Below, piece after piece: positions 13,190-26,307 of a stretch of DNA of 64,000 bases. The notes under the pieces are model-generated. The model was not told the origin of the DNA. It was given only the letters and a program-made list of their open reading frames with translations, and did not search any database. Positions within the stretch are counted from its first letter, which is position 1, and each line of letters begins with the position of its first letter. Both the position numbers and the translations under genes were made by a program. Source of the DNA: Paraspadella gotoi (taxonomy: Eukaryota; Animalia; Chaetognatha); the NCBI GenBank assembly GCA_051294375.1, contig CM119265.1, forward strand, positions 27,380,839-27,444,838, read 5' to 3'.

Positions 13190-16100
13190 CACGCATAAAA
13201 CGGCGGTATATTTTTTTCGGCAATCCGAGTAAACAAAAGAATTTTCGGAAATGCTTCTTTACCGTGCTTTTTTAAATTTCAGAATCTTTTTTTTAAATTT
13301 CTTTTTCCATTAATTATTTTTTTAACTTCTTTCTCAATTTTTTTTCCACAATTAAATTCCTAACTTACCTCATTTGCATAAAAAAGATTTTTATTCACAA
13401 AAAGATAGACGAGAATCTCGCTTAAAAAAAAATCAACATTTTTTCTAATAGAGGATTTTCCAGTTAAAATCTGACTACACAAATGCAAAACGAGATTGCC
13501 AGAAATCTCGGCGTAAAAACAGTTGTTAAAACACACGATTCCAATTAGGCTTATATCTTAAGAGCTACGCCAAATTCGTCTTATGGCAATTTCATAAAGG
13601 ATCTAATATCAAACAAGCCAGGGCGAAAATGCACTAGTCATTCCGGAGATTTTCAAACCTTGTTTTTCTATAGAAAATAAAAGGGAAATTTGCGCTTTTC
13701 AAAAATTGTACGGAGGTAGGTATGTAACATTTATAAATATTACTTCGAATTTTGAGATTACAAAAGCCTCTTGTTCAAAGCTTGCCAAATTTCTTCTCTT
13801 TCATTATCCTGACAACTCTTCAATGTAAACCAACATTCTAAGTCCATTGGTACTCTGAGTTTCGACAACATGTGAAATTTTTATTTAATAAGAAATTAAA
13901 AAGGAAGGTTGAGAGAAAAAACTGATTTTTCCTGATATCTCTTGAAGGAACAAGATACACGGGATGGCAATGTACCAAAATGAAAGCCATCAATCATTAG
14001 GCACATACAAGTTACAATATTGAATTATTTTTGCTGAAACCTCTTTACAGGGTGCAGATGTCCCAAAACTAAGTCAAAATTATAATTGAAATTTTAAAAC
14101 TAATGGAACCCATAAAAATAAATGAAAATTAAAATTACCTTTTTGTGATTCTGAAAGAAAAAGGGCTAAATTGCTACTATAGTAAAACTTTAAAGTTTTT
14201 TTGGATAAAGAAAATAATTTTTTTTTCACTTAAATCTTTGCTTCCACTGTATTACCAAGCATAGCTTACAAATTTACAAAAATTTATTTCACCCCATGCA
14301 CAGCCTAACTATCTATCTTTCCTTTTCCCCGCAAAAGCAACCATAATATTTATATGTTACGAGAACAGGAATGTTTACTGAATGAAGACTGGAGGACGTT
14401 CAACTACTTTCACTTTTAATGTAATTTTTCAATAATTACAATAGGCGAATCCTTTTTAATTATTTAACTCTACGGCTTCACAAGACATTATACTTATAAT
14501 ATCAATGTTAATTTTACTTCAATTACTATTTTTTTACGCAGATCATTAAATTACAAGAAAGTTATGGGATTCCCTTCGCGTAAGAAAAAAAAATTAACTA
14601 GCGGATTATAAGTTATGTAAGAGGAAGTTCAGAATCGGCGAAATCTTAAAAGTGCAGAGATTAGGAAGCCCGCTATAGAAAAGAGCAGTGACTTTTATTT
14701 CATTATATTTGTTAATATCGATAGATGTGGAATGACGGAATATTGTAAATCTCAAGTTTCGCTTTAATCGGACCTCAACATTGTGAGAAATCTTAGGAAA
14801 CCCATCAAATTCCACCCCTTTCTTTTCAACATTCTCGCCTTTAAGTTTTCGCCGATTCTTGACTTCCTACTTACACAACTATATAATTCGCAAGTTAATT
14901 TTTTTTTCTTAAACAGAGCGAAGGGAATCATACTTTCTGTTATTTTATTTGATTTCTGCGTAAAAATATAATGAATAACATTAACATTGGGATATTATGA
15001 ACGTAAAATGTCTTGTGAAGCCGTGAGAGCTTAAAATAATTAAAAGATTCGAGCCTTTTTATATATTGAAAAAAATAGAGCATTAAAGTGAAAAGTAAGC
15101 TTGAACGTCTTCCAGCTCATTCATGTAACATCCCTGTTCTCTTAACATAAAATAATGGTTTACTTTTTGCTAGATGGAAAAGAAGATAAAATAGTTAGGC
15201 TTTTGATGGGTTAATAATATTTTGTAGAATTTTGTCAAGCATTGCTTTTGTAAATCAGTGAAGCAAATATTTAAGTGAAAAAAATTATATTTCTGTTATC
15301 AAAACTTTAAAGTTTTTCTATTAGTACAATTTTAGCCTTTTTCTTTTCAGAATTCACTAAAAAGAATTTATTTTCATTTATTTTTATGGGGTTTCATAGT
15401 TTTAAAATTCATTTATATTTTGACTTGTCTTGACACTCACCCTAGTTAAGAGGTTTCAGCAAAAATAAATTCTAATATTGTAAACTTGTACTGTGCCTAA
15501 TCGTTATGCTTTCATCTTTGGTACTATTGCTATCCCATGTATCTTTGTTCCTTCAAAGATATCAGGACAAAAATGCAGTTTTTTCTCTCAACCTTTCCTT
15601 TTAATTCTTATTAATAAAAATTTCCTGTTGTCAAACCGACCAATGGACTTTACAATTGTGGATTTACTATGACAGAGTTGGTCAATAATGAAAAGGAAAA
15701 ATTTGGCAAGCTCTAGAACCAAGAGGACTTTTTAAATCTCAACAATTCGAGTAATATTTATATGTAACCATTACCCTGCCCGTTTAACCAATTTTGAAAA
15801 GCAAAATTTCCCTTTCATATTCATATAAGTAAAAACAAGGTTTGAAAAATTCTCCGGAGATGACTAGTGCATTTCCCTGCGGCTATGTTTGACATTAAAT
15901 CCTTTATCAAATTGCCATAAGAACGAAATTTGGCTAGCTCTTAGATATACGCTTATCGGAATCGTGTGTTTTTTACAACTGTTTTTTACCGAATTTTCTG
16001 CAATCTCGATTGCAATTTGGGTACGTCAGATTTTACGGAATCTCATTTAGAAAATGTTTGAATTTTTTTTTAACGCGAGATTTCGTCTACGAGAATGTTG

Positions 16101-16836
16101 AAAAAAAGGGGTGGATTTTGATGGGTTTCCTAAGATTTCTCACATGTGAGCCGATTAAAGCAACTTGAGATTATACAATCATATTCCGTTCTTCCACATC
16201 TATCGATATAAAAATATAAGGGAAAAAAAGTCACTGGCTTCTTTTTCTTAGCGGCTTCCTACAAATATCAGATTGGTTTATTTTCATTAGACATTGCATT
16301 TCTAAATTCAAATCTTTCCTATGGTAAGAAAGAGTTAGTTTAAGAATGAGGAGGATGAGGAGGCTGAAGGAGATGAGTTAGATGAAAATCATGAGAGAGA
16401 GGAGTGAGAGAGAGACAGTGAGAGGAGAAAGAAGAGAAGAGACTCTCAAAACTTCTTCAAAAGCAATGTCTTAGATAGTCTATGTTGCCGTGTACCATTG
16501 TCAGCAGAATATTGGAGTCGGTATCGAATAGAATCTAAAATCTTTATGTAAAAACGACAGGAATTTATCGAAAAGGAAAGTAAAACAATAAAATACGTTC
16601 TCAGGATTTTCAAAAAGGACTTTGTCATTTCGTGACGGCCATACTGAGACATATCCTAAATTTCAGTAACCAGTTGAAAGGTTCTTTTAATCCTCTTGAC
16701 ATTCTCCGTATTCGAACAAAAAAAAATTTTAGGGAAATTAATAAACGAAAGAAAAGATGACTGAATCTCGAAATTCCAACGCGGGTAAACGTTAAACTAT
16801 TACCTTTTCGCGCATTTTACCCCGTTTTCATGCGTG
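13190..16836. mobile_element. Same element, copy 2 (inside a probable false duplication)
   Basis: Offset 7823 from copy 1, same flanks, same TIRs (right TIR has one inserted C). Confidence 0.55.
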
Positions 16837-17359
16837 ATCAACTTAACAGTATCAAATAAAATCCTTTTGTGAGACGAAATTAATGATAATAATTAAAGAG
16901 GTTTTCATAATGATAAATTAAATAAACCATGCACAATATTATAGTGTTATCAGTTATTTTTTATGGTTATATTACTTCCGTATTTATATTTATAGTAAAC
17001 GACGTTCTTACAATAAATCAGGAATAACCGAACAGTTTATACAAATGGCGCATTGGCCGGTTAGTCGCCGCAACGCACAAGGCTCAAATGTATATGATCG
17101 AATCCAGATTGCTCCTTAAGAGCTTAGTCAAATCAAACTTATTTCAAAGAAACGAAATGTGTTTGTTCAATTCTTCATCGCAAGTTATTTTCGATCCATT
17201 TTTCCCACACCAAAGACTGACCGACCGAGATTCCAATTCAATAATTAAACTTTCTTTTTTCTCTTATCCAGAAAATAAAAAAAAATGAATCGGTTTTTCA
17301 TTTTTTCGATATCGAAAACTTGATGCTAGTTGCANNNNNNNNNNNNNNNNNNNNNNNNN

Positions 17360-17398
<39 letters not shown>

Positions 17399-17509
17399 CG
17401 ACCAAACTCTTCTTATTTGACTTCTCACTCTCCGCATCAATCGTCTCTCTCTCTATCTCGCTCTCCCCCCTCCCCCCTCTAAGAAATAAACAAAAAATAA
17501 TAATCAAAG

Positions 17510-17718
17510 ATGGCGGCGACTCGTTGGCCGTTAGCCTCGATCTGGCGCGACGGCGCCCTCTTCGTCGTCGTCTTCGTCGCCGTCGTCTTCGTCGTCGTCC
17601 TCGTTCTTCTTCTCGTCGGTGGAGGAATCGCGCTGCTGCTGATCCTTGGCGGCGGCGGCGGCGGCGGCGCTGCTGCGGAGGCGGAGTGGATCGACAGGAT
17701 GGATCCTTGGAAATCGAG
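17510..17718 (+). CDS. Probable first exon (signal peptide/anchor) of an immunoglobulin-superfamily cell-surface protein
   Basis: AATCAAAG-ATG-GCG start context; MAATRWPLASIWRDGALFVVVFVAVVFVVVLVLLLVGGGIALLLILG...; donor AG|GTGAAG, phase 2, matches the next exon. Caveat: the antisense frame is also open (acidic peptide). Confidence 0.5.
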
Positions 17719-17752
17719 GTGAAGTGAGGGGGCCGAGGGAAGAAGGATGAGT

Positions 17753-18033
17753 GGGCACTGTTCTCGTAAAGCCCCCTATTTCCCTAATCCCAGATATTAT
17801 TTTTACCCCGAAAAATTTTATGCTAATTTTTTAACGAAATCTTTATTTTATTCATTAACCCTGACCCCATATTAATCCCTAATATTTTGTCCTAATACCA
17901 AACTCTTTCCCTAAACCTTTTCCTCATCCCTAACCATAATCCGTAACTCAAACCCTTAATATAATTTTTTAAACTAAATATTAACTAAATTCTGAATTTA
18001 GGCTGAAATGAGAAAGATTTGCAAAATATGGCC
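17753..18033. mobile_element. Same MITE family, diverged copy in IgSF intron 1
   Basis: Internal CCCTAA-like units; right end GCAAAATATGGCC; left end degenerate. Confidence 0.4.
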
Positions 18034-19168
18034 AAACAACTTTGAGTAAGAAAAAAAAAGGAACAGAAAAATGGGCGATAATTTTAATAATATTATTGCC
18101 TCATTTTTTGCCAAACGGAAAGAACAGATTAAAAACTTAACAACGACAACGATAAAGTTATAAGCATAAGTTAAAAAAAGAAATATGAAAAAAATACCAA
18201 TCGATCTTCTATATAAAACTGACCGACGCATCGCCAGGCTTCGCCACCTGCTTTGCATCTGTGGTCGTCGATTCATTTTTTTTTAAGTTTAACGACATTT
18301 GTTGTTTTTTTTTGCTCACACACGCTTTTCTGTGTGTGAGCGTTTCCGGTGTGTGGCGCGGTCTCTGGCCTTTGTTAGCGTCTAGTCTTTAAGTTAATAT
18401 TTAAGTATTTTTAAAATAGGGACACCTTTTTCTTTACTTTACTTTACTTTACTATTTCCCTATTACTTTACATCACTTTACAACATTTCTTTAACTTACT
18501 AATTTATTTTTCTTCGCTATGTTCCTTCGACTTATTTCCCTTCACATTTACTTAACTTACTTTTTCTCTTTCCTCGACCTTACCCTCGACATCATTTCCG
18601 ATTACCTTCGACCTTACCTATTCTTTCCGTCCCAAACTTCAGCTTCGATTTCTCAGAAATCGTCACTCGTCTTTTTCTTCTTCCTTTCAATTCACAATCG
18701 GTTATTTCTCTTTTCTTAATTTTTTTTCCTTTTTCTCATTTCCTCCATTTCAAAACTTTTCTCTTCTCTTTCTTCTCGATTTTTTATTCTTCCCTCCTTT
18801 TTTCCATTCCTTTCCTTTCTTTCCTTTTCTCCTTTTTCTTTCCTTTTCCTCCCTTTTCCTTCCTCAAAGTCTCGCTTTTCAATTCTTCCCTCCTTTTTTC
18901 CTTTCCTTTCCTCTCTTTCCTTTTCTCCTTTTTTCTTTCCTTTTCCTCCCTTTTCCTTCCTCAATGTCTCTCTTTTCAATTCTTCCCTCCTTTTTTCCTT
19001 TCCTTTCCCTTTCCTTTCTTTCCTTTTCCTCCTTCCTCCTTTTTCCATTTCCGACCTCGACGTCTCGTGTCCTTCTCATTTTAACCTTTCCCTCATTTTT
19101 TCCCCTTTTCCTCCTACTCTTCCTCCGTCCTCTTCTATTTCCTCCCTCCCTCTCTCTTTTCTTCACTC

Positions 19169-19205
<37 letters not shown>

Positions 19206-19251
19206 CTCTCTTCTTCTCTCTCTCTCTCTCTCTCTCTTCTTCTTTCTCTAG

Positions 19252-19764
19252 ATCGCCCGTCTCGACGCTCGTCCCGAGCTCAAGCGGAATTATCACGTCG
19301 TGCGTCGTCGTCGTCGTCGTGTCTGTCGTCGTCGTCTCGTCGTCGTCGTCGTGCGTTCGTCGTCGCGTCGTCGTCGTCGTCGTCCCTCTCATCGTCGCCC
19401 TCATCGTCGTCGTTCCCGTCGTCGCTCTCCGACGCCGCCTCGGAACGATTACCGCGATATGCAAATGAGATTAAGGCGTCAGGACGCGAGCGGCGTTCGA
19501 CGGGAATTAAAATGACGCTGGCGCCGATCGCCGTCTTGGCGGGATTCGGCGATGGAGACGGCGTCAAAGATGGCGTCAGGGATGGCACAGGCGTCAGGGA
19601 TGGCAACGATGGCTTTAAAGCCCACGTGGCTCGAGGCGATAACGTCGGCGGCGACTACAACAACAACAACAACAACAACAACTATAACAAGAACCTCGGA
19701 TCTATAAAACGATTTCACAAAGTGGCGTTGCTCGGGTCCACGGTCACGCTCGAATGCGTCACAG
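19252..19764 (+). CDS. IgSF exon 2: Ser-rich segment, furin-like RERR site, start of Ig domain
   Basis: Long pyrimidine tract plus CTCTAG| acceptor. Ends ...FHKVALLGSTVTLECVT-G|GTCAAA (Ig A'/B strands with first Cys), phase 1. Needs a net one-base frame correction inside the irregular (TCG)n tract at ~19297-19385. Confidence 0.7.
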
Positions 19765-19937
19765 GTCAAAACAAAACATTTCTTGTTTTCTCGTTTTGTG
19801 TTTTTGTTTTTTTGATGTTGTTGTTGTTTCTGTTGTTGTTGATGTAGTTGTTGTTTTGGACGTAGTTGATGTCTGATGATTTGATTTGTGGTTTTCTTTT
19901 GTTTGTGTATAAAACGTCAAAGTCTCTGGAGCCTTGA

Positions 19938-19973
<36 letters not shown>

Positions 19974-20340
19974 TTTCTCTCTCTCTCTCCACCACCCCCC
20001 CTTTCTCTAATGTGCTGCCCTCTTCCACGACATTTTCTGTCCTTTCATTTTCTCCTTTTTTCGCCCCCAGGCGACGAAAAAACAAAAGACAATCTAATTT
20101 TCTCTTTCTTTCTTTTTTCTTTTCTCTCACTTTTTCTTCTTCTCAGGAGACATAATTGTTCCTTCTCCTGTCCCGAGTCTCCAGATAGAAAATCTCCGTT
20201 TCAAGATTTTCTACTTTGTTTTCTCCTTTGTTTTCTCTTTTGTTTTCTTTTACCTCTTTGTTTTCTTTTTTGTTTTTCCGATTTAAAAAAAAAACTTATC
20301 CTCGGTGTCGATTTTGTCCTTTTTTGTCACTTGAATTTTT

Positions 20341-20686
20341 GGCCTATTTTACCAAAGCGCCTGATTTCATTTAAAATTAAGGTAAAGGATTAGGTAAAAG
20401 AATGGCTGAACAATTAGGGTTGGGAATAAGGCTAATAATTAGGGTTACGGATTTTGGTTAGAGAAAAGGGTTTAAGGACTTGGGTTTAATGTGAGGGATT
20501 TGGATTAAGGATTAACTTTTAAAATTTTAAGATTAACATTATAGATTAGGGTTAAATGTTAGGGTTAAAATTATCATCGCAGGAGAATAAATTCAAAATA
20601 GAAATGGATTAAAGGATCTGGCAAACTGCACAAAAACGAATTAGGTATTAGGGATTAGAAATGGGATGCTTTTGGAAAAGAGAGCC
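20341..20686. mobile_element. Merlin-like MITE with internal degenerate TTAGGG repeats
   Basis: Imperfect TIRs starting GGC (GGCCTATTTTACCAAAGCGCC ... ATGCTTTTGGAAAAGAGAGCC); exact 8-bp TSD GAATTTTT at 20333-20340 and 20687-20694; internal TTAGGG/TTAGG/TAAGG units. Confidence 0.75.
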
Positions 20687-21046
20687 GAATTTTTTGGGCT
20701 AATTTTCACATTTTTCGACGAAACTTTTCGTGACGGCATGTTTTTTTTTCCCTTAGAGAGTATTACCAGGTTTCTTTTTCAGTCTTGCTATATTTTTTTC
20801 CCTTTTTTTTACCCTTTTTTCATTGACAATTTATGCCATTTTTTCCATTTGTCATCTTTTTTCGGAATAGATATTCACACACTTTCTTTCCTTTCCTTTC
20901 CTTCTTTCTTTTTTCCTTTATTCCTTCACCTTCCTTTCCTTTTCTTTCCTCCTTTTTCTTTCTTTCCTTTAGTTTATTTCCTTTCCTTTCCTTTTTTAAC
21001 TCTCTTTCCTTAAATTTCTTTCTTTCCTTAAATTTATTTCTTTATT

Positions 21047-21082
<36 letters not shown>

Positions 21083-22025
21083 AGTTTCATTCATTCTTTC
21101 TCTGTTTCTTAGTTTTATTCATTCTTTCTTTCTTTCTTTCTTTGTTTCTTTCTTTCCTTATCTCTTTCTTTCTTTCTTTCTTTCTTTTTGTCTTTTTTCT
21201 TTCTTTTCTTTCCTTCTTTTTCTTTCTCTTCTTTTCACTTTCCATTCAAATTCACATCTTAATTAGTATGCGAATTTCAGAGATAATCACTCGCACGTCT
21301 CAACTGAACACAGAATTTTGAATTCAACTCGAAAAAAAATTATTTGTTTTTTTCTCTCCTCTGTTTTTTTTTTTTGCAACCACTAAAAAATAATTAGCGA
21401 ATTGCGTTTATCAATACGAGACAATAAGTGAATTCACAATAAGTGAATTCACTGCGTGTGTGAGATTCACCTTTTCTCTGGAGCGAAATGAAGTGAAAAG
21501 AATATTATGCAGGGATGGGCTTCAAAATTTATCACTTTATTTAAATGAGTAAGATAATTTTCAATCATTTATAAAAGAGCTGGAATGTAAATTAATTGAA
21601 AGAATTCATAAAAATATGAGACAACTTCATTGACATGGAAGCCTGGTACTCAGGGAGTGAATAAACAAGACTGTGAGAGAATCTTAATTGAAAGCATGTC
21701 GTGCCTTGCTATTTTATTAACTTGTAAGAGGGGTGTATGCTATCTCGCTATAACTTGTCTCTGAGGTATGTATCTACTTATGGTAAGGCTATATCTATGC
21801 TCTCGTTAGGGAAAAGAGTTAAGTAGTGTGAGGATGTATATTGGTAATAGGGAAACAGTCAAAAGTCAGAAACAAGAAAGCTTATTTATTTTATAAACTG
21901 ATTTAAGCGTTTTATATTGGTTGCACCAATTTGATATGCAACGTAAAAAATTTCGTCGTTGCAGAAGCGAAGAAGAAACGACGCGCGACTCTTGAGGTCA
22001 CGTGACTAGGAGGGTGACAGATGGG

Positions 22026-22095
22026 CGGTTCTTCCGATGTTCAGTTGCTTATCGGTCACCGGTGACCGATAGGCAACTGAACATCGGAAGAACCG
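22026..22095. repeat. 70-bp near-perfect palindrome without spacer
   Basis: 35-bp arms with one T/G mismatch, centred on GGTCACC|GGTGACC. Confidence 0.95.
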
Positions 22096-22704
22096 ACCAA
22101 GTAATGATATAGGAGAAGAGAGAGGTTAGGAGAAAGGTTAAGGTAGAGAGGAAAGGTTGGGAAGAGAGGAGAAGAGGAGTGAGGAATTAACAATTTTTTC
22201 TCTTCCTACTTCTATTTCTTTCTTACTTCCTTTTTCTTCTTTCTCCTTTCTTCCTTTTCTTCTTTTTTTCCTCCTACTTCTTTACTTCTTCTTCCTCCTT
22301 CTTCTTTTTCTTTTTTACCCCCCTTTTTCTTCTTCCCTTTCCACCTCCTCCTTTCCTCCTCCTCCCTTCTTTCCTCCTAATTCTTCCTTTCCTTCTCCTT
22401 CTTCCCCCTTTCCTCCTTTTCCTTTCCTCCTCCTCCTCCTCCTCCTCCTCCTCTTTTCCTTCTCATTTCTCCTTTTCTCCTCTCGTCTACTCTTCATTTT
22501 TAATTCTCAGTTTTCATCTCTCACTCTCCAATCTTTCCTCATCTGCTTATCTCTTTCCTTTTCTCTTCCTTTCCTTACCATTTTTGTCCTATGCCTTACC
22601 CTCTTTCCACCTCTCATCCACTCATTCCCATTCATTGCCTAACTTACCGTTTTGGTCTTTCTCTCTCTCTTCTCTCCATCTCTCTCTTCTCTCTCTCCTC
22701 TCTC

Positions 22705-22756
<52 letters not shown>

Positions 22757-23979
22757 CATCGAATCGAATCAAAAAAAGTTCCGACTATGAATCACCTTTA
22801 ATTTCTCCGTTTGGTGCCACTCATAATCTCCTTTCCCATATATGGCGTTTGCCACTCACTTGCAATACGATCCGATACGCGTCTTATTGCAATGCCATCC
22901 GCATGCAATGGCACCGCTACAGACTTCCAATGCCATTGCAACTGGCATGCAATACAATTTAGACCCATAGTAAATGGCATCACCATACGCCAGAAATACA
23001 ATTGCTAATCACGGACGATGTCATTGCCGAACGAGTTAACCGCAATCGCCACCTACATGCGATGGGATTGCCACCCGCATCCAATGGCAACGCCATCCGC
23101 ATGCCCTCTTCCAACTGCTCACACCCTCGTCCTATGCCCGCAATCGAATTCGCAATTTACGAGGCAGATTTTATTGAGGCACCAAAAAATCTAGATGGCG
23201 ATTCTGTAGCAACGAAGATTCGTTTGCCAACGAACGAGAAGACCGAACAAGTGAACGAACGAACGAATGAACGAATGAAATAATAAACGAGCGAACAAAC
23301 AAAAGTAGGATAAACAAATGAATGAAAAAAAGGAATGAATGAAGGATAAAGACAAAGATATTTCTTGAGAATGGAAGGAAGATGAAAAGGAAAGAAGGAA
23401 AGAAGGAGAGAATGAGAGAAGGAAGGAAAAAAGGAAGGAAGGAGAAAAGGAAAAGAGGGAGGAAGGAGAGAAGAAGAGAAAACCAATAAATGTCACATTT
23501 TTTTCAAATCGCTTCTTTTTAGTTGTGAGGATTTTTGTTACGATTTTTCTTAGTCTTGGTATCGAATGGAAAAAGTAAAGAGAAATATTTCGAGTGTAAA
23601 AAGCAACTGTTTTTGATGTGAGGAAAATCGAAAAGAAAAAAAAATTATAGAGAAAGAAAACAAATATAAAGCATTCGAGGGAAAAAGAAAAAAACATGAA
23701 AACGAAATATAAAAGAAAAAAATGATATCGGACGAAACAAAAGAGAAACAAGAAAGAAAAATAAAAGGAAAAAGGAAACATAAGATGTAAAAGGAAAGAA
23801 AAATAAATGATTGGAAAAGCAGAAAATAAGCCAATGGGGAAAAAGTAGGGAAGGGGGGGGAGAAATTAGCCAACGGCGGGAAAGAAAAAATAAATAATTG
23901 GAGAAGAGAAAAAAAGTGAAGGAAGGAAAAAAAAGGAAAGAATTGAGTTAAAGAAATAATAAAGTGAGAAGAGGAAAGA

Positions 23980-24330
23980 AAAATGGTAGGAGGGGAAGAA
24001 ACCTAAATGAGTGGAGGAAAGGAAAGAAAAAGAGTGGAGGAAAGAAAGAAAATGAGTGAATGAAAGGAAATAAAATATTTGAGAAAAAGAAAAGAAATGA
24101 GTGAAGGAAAGGAAAGAAATTATTGGAGGAAATGAAAGTAATTAGTGGAGGAAAGGAAAGAAATGAGTGAAGGAAAGGAAATAAATGAGTGGAGAAAAGA
24201 AAAGAAAATCAGTGGAGGTAAGGAAATCAATTAATAAAGGAAAGGAAAGAAAATGAGTGGTAGAAAGAAAAGAAAATAAGTGGAGGAAAGGAAAGAAATG
24301 AGAAATGGAAAGAAGAAATAAGTGATTAGA
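23980..24330. repeat. Degenerate ~23-25-bp purine-rich minisatellite
   Basis: Recurrent GAAAAGAAATGAGTGGAGGAAAG. Confidence 0.7.
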
Positions 24331-24917
24331 GAAAGGATAAAAGGTGAGACCGAAGGAGGAAAAAGAAATCAAGGAGATTGTGAATGTGAATGTGAATGTG
24401 AATGGCAGGTGAAATGTGAAAAGGCGGACTTTCACGTCGGAAGCAGAAAGGGGAAAAGAAAATAAACCAAATATATTGCTTGGCGTCTGTGAAAAGTGAG
24501 AAACGCTGAAGTAAACTGAAATTAAAAAGGTGAGGAAAGCTGTATATCAAGTGAAAAATAAGCAAAGCTGGTGCTATAGTGAGAAGTGAGCAATGTTGGA
24601 GCTTTTAAGAGTCAGCAATTTTGCACGTAATGCAACGAAAGGGACGATCGAATGTTGCATCACATTGCACATTCACAAAACTTCAAAATTGGGCGCAATA
24701 TGAATCCTGCGGGAAAAAACGGTGACAGAAAAAGTTAGAACGAAACAGAAGCAAACAGAGTTTTAAATAAAAGTCACGGAAAGAAATGAGAAATCATAGT
24801 CAACGTATTATATATTTGTTTTGTTAAGTTAATGTCTGAGAATAAAAATGGAAATGAGGGAAACTAAATTGTGAGAAGGAATTAACCAAGCATGGCAAGA
24901 ATGGCAACCGAGCGCTT

Positions 24918-25009
<92 letters not shown>

Positions 25010-26261
25010 AAGAGGGCAGCAATGTTGATTAGGAGAAGAGATTTAAGAAGGATTTTCTTCTCGCTGGTGAAAGATTAACGATATTTCAGCGTCGATCCAG
25101 ACGCAGTTCCTTTTGGACGATTCTTTCTTCCGTTTGTCCGTTCGCTTTGTCAGTCTGTCTGTCTTTTGGTCTTTAAATAGTCATTTTTCTTTTCGGTGTC
25201 ATGTTTATTTATTGGGTGAAAATTAAAAGTTCGTCTTGAACTATGTAGTATCTACCGCATCGCACGTTTGATGTCTTTGTCTCTTTGGGTCTTATTTTTC
25301 CTTTTTTTTTTGTTTTCTCCTTTATGAAAAATTACAAAATTACTTGTTCTACTATTTTCTATTTATAAAGTTTTTACTATTTAATCTATATTATTTAATT
25401 ATATATATATATATTGCTAACTCTTTTTTAAAATTTTTGCTTATCATTATATCAAATAACTCAATTTGGGAAGGGGAAGTCAGTATTGTCTTCTGGAAAT
25501 AGAGGGAGCATCTATACAACACAAGGTTAGATTACTATCTGTCCTAGTTTTCTAATAGATATCACACATCATTTCTGTTAGAAAGTCATTAATGAAAAAT
25601 CATAATATCTAAAAGGCTTAACAGAAAGGGGTGGGAATGGATAATTTTTTGAGGGGGGACCAAAGTTATATATAATTTTTTTACCAATGTGGATAAGACT
25701 ACCATGTAGAATCGTATGTTCTGATAGGGATACATACTGGAGAAAGATTCTTATGGGCTCCTTTATATCATGAACCTAATTTTAAAATACTTGAATGAAA
25801 ATTACAATTTTTCTTTATAATAACTTTTTAATTATTTTTTTCATGATTATAAAATGGGAAGGTCCTCAGTTGGGAACCTATACCTTTCAAGAATTTTTGT
25901 TTGGTTTTCTTTTTTCTTTTTTTTTGTTTTCTTTGTTTTCTTTTTTTCTTTCCTCCTTAATTTTCTTTTTTCTTTCTTCTTCTCTTTTTTCTTTCCTCCT
26001 TTCCTTTCTTTTTTCTTTCCTCCTTTTTTTTTCTTTCCTCCTTTCTTCTCTTTTTTCTTTCCTCCTTTCTTCTCTTTTTTCTTTCCTCCTTTCTTCTCTT
26101 TTTTCTTTCCTCCTTTCCTTCTTTTTTCTTTCGACTGCGACTGTTTTTTTAAATCTTTCCTTTTTTCTTCTTTTTATTTCTAGATTAATTTAAAAACGTC
26201 GTGATTTAAGGGGATTAATCTTTTGAGGGGAGAGATTTATTCGATTTATTACATATTATTA

Positions 26262-26307
<46 letters not shown>

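Larger units (their letters stand above)
4440..17236 (+). repeat. ~5-kb direct duplication (4440-9423 vs 12142-17236)
   Basis: Core (~5332-8915 vs ~13155-16738) appears identical and gives identical ORFs; the edges differ by dense single-base indels. Confidence 0.92.

Noticed and set aside
17531-17758. Minus-strand acidic ORF (…SSAAAAAAAKDQQQ…EDDDEE…)
   Set aside because: Antisense of the preferred plus-strand first exon, which has start context and a phase-matched donor; not fully excluded.
17780-20570. True telomere or chromosome-fusion site
   Set aside because: Repeats are short, degenerate and enclosed by MITE termini.
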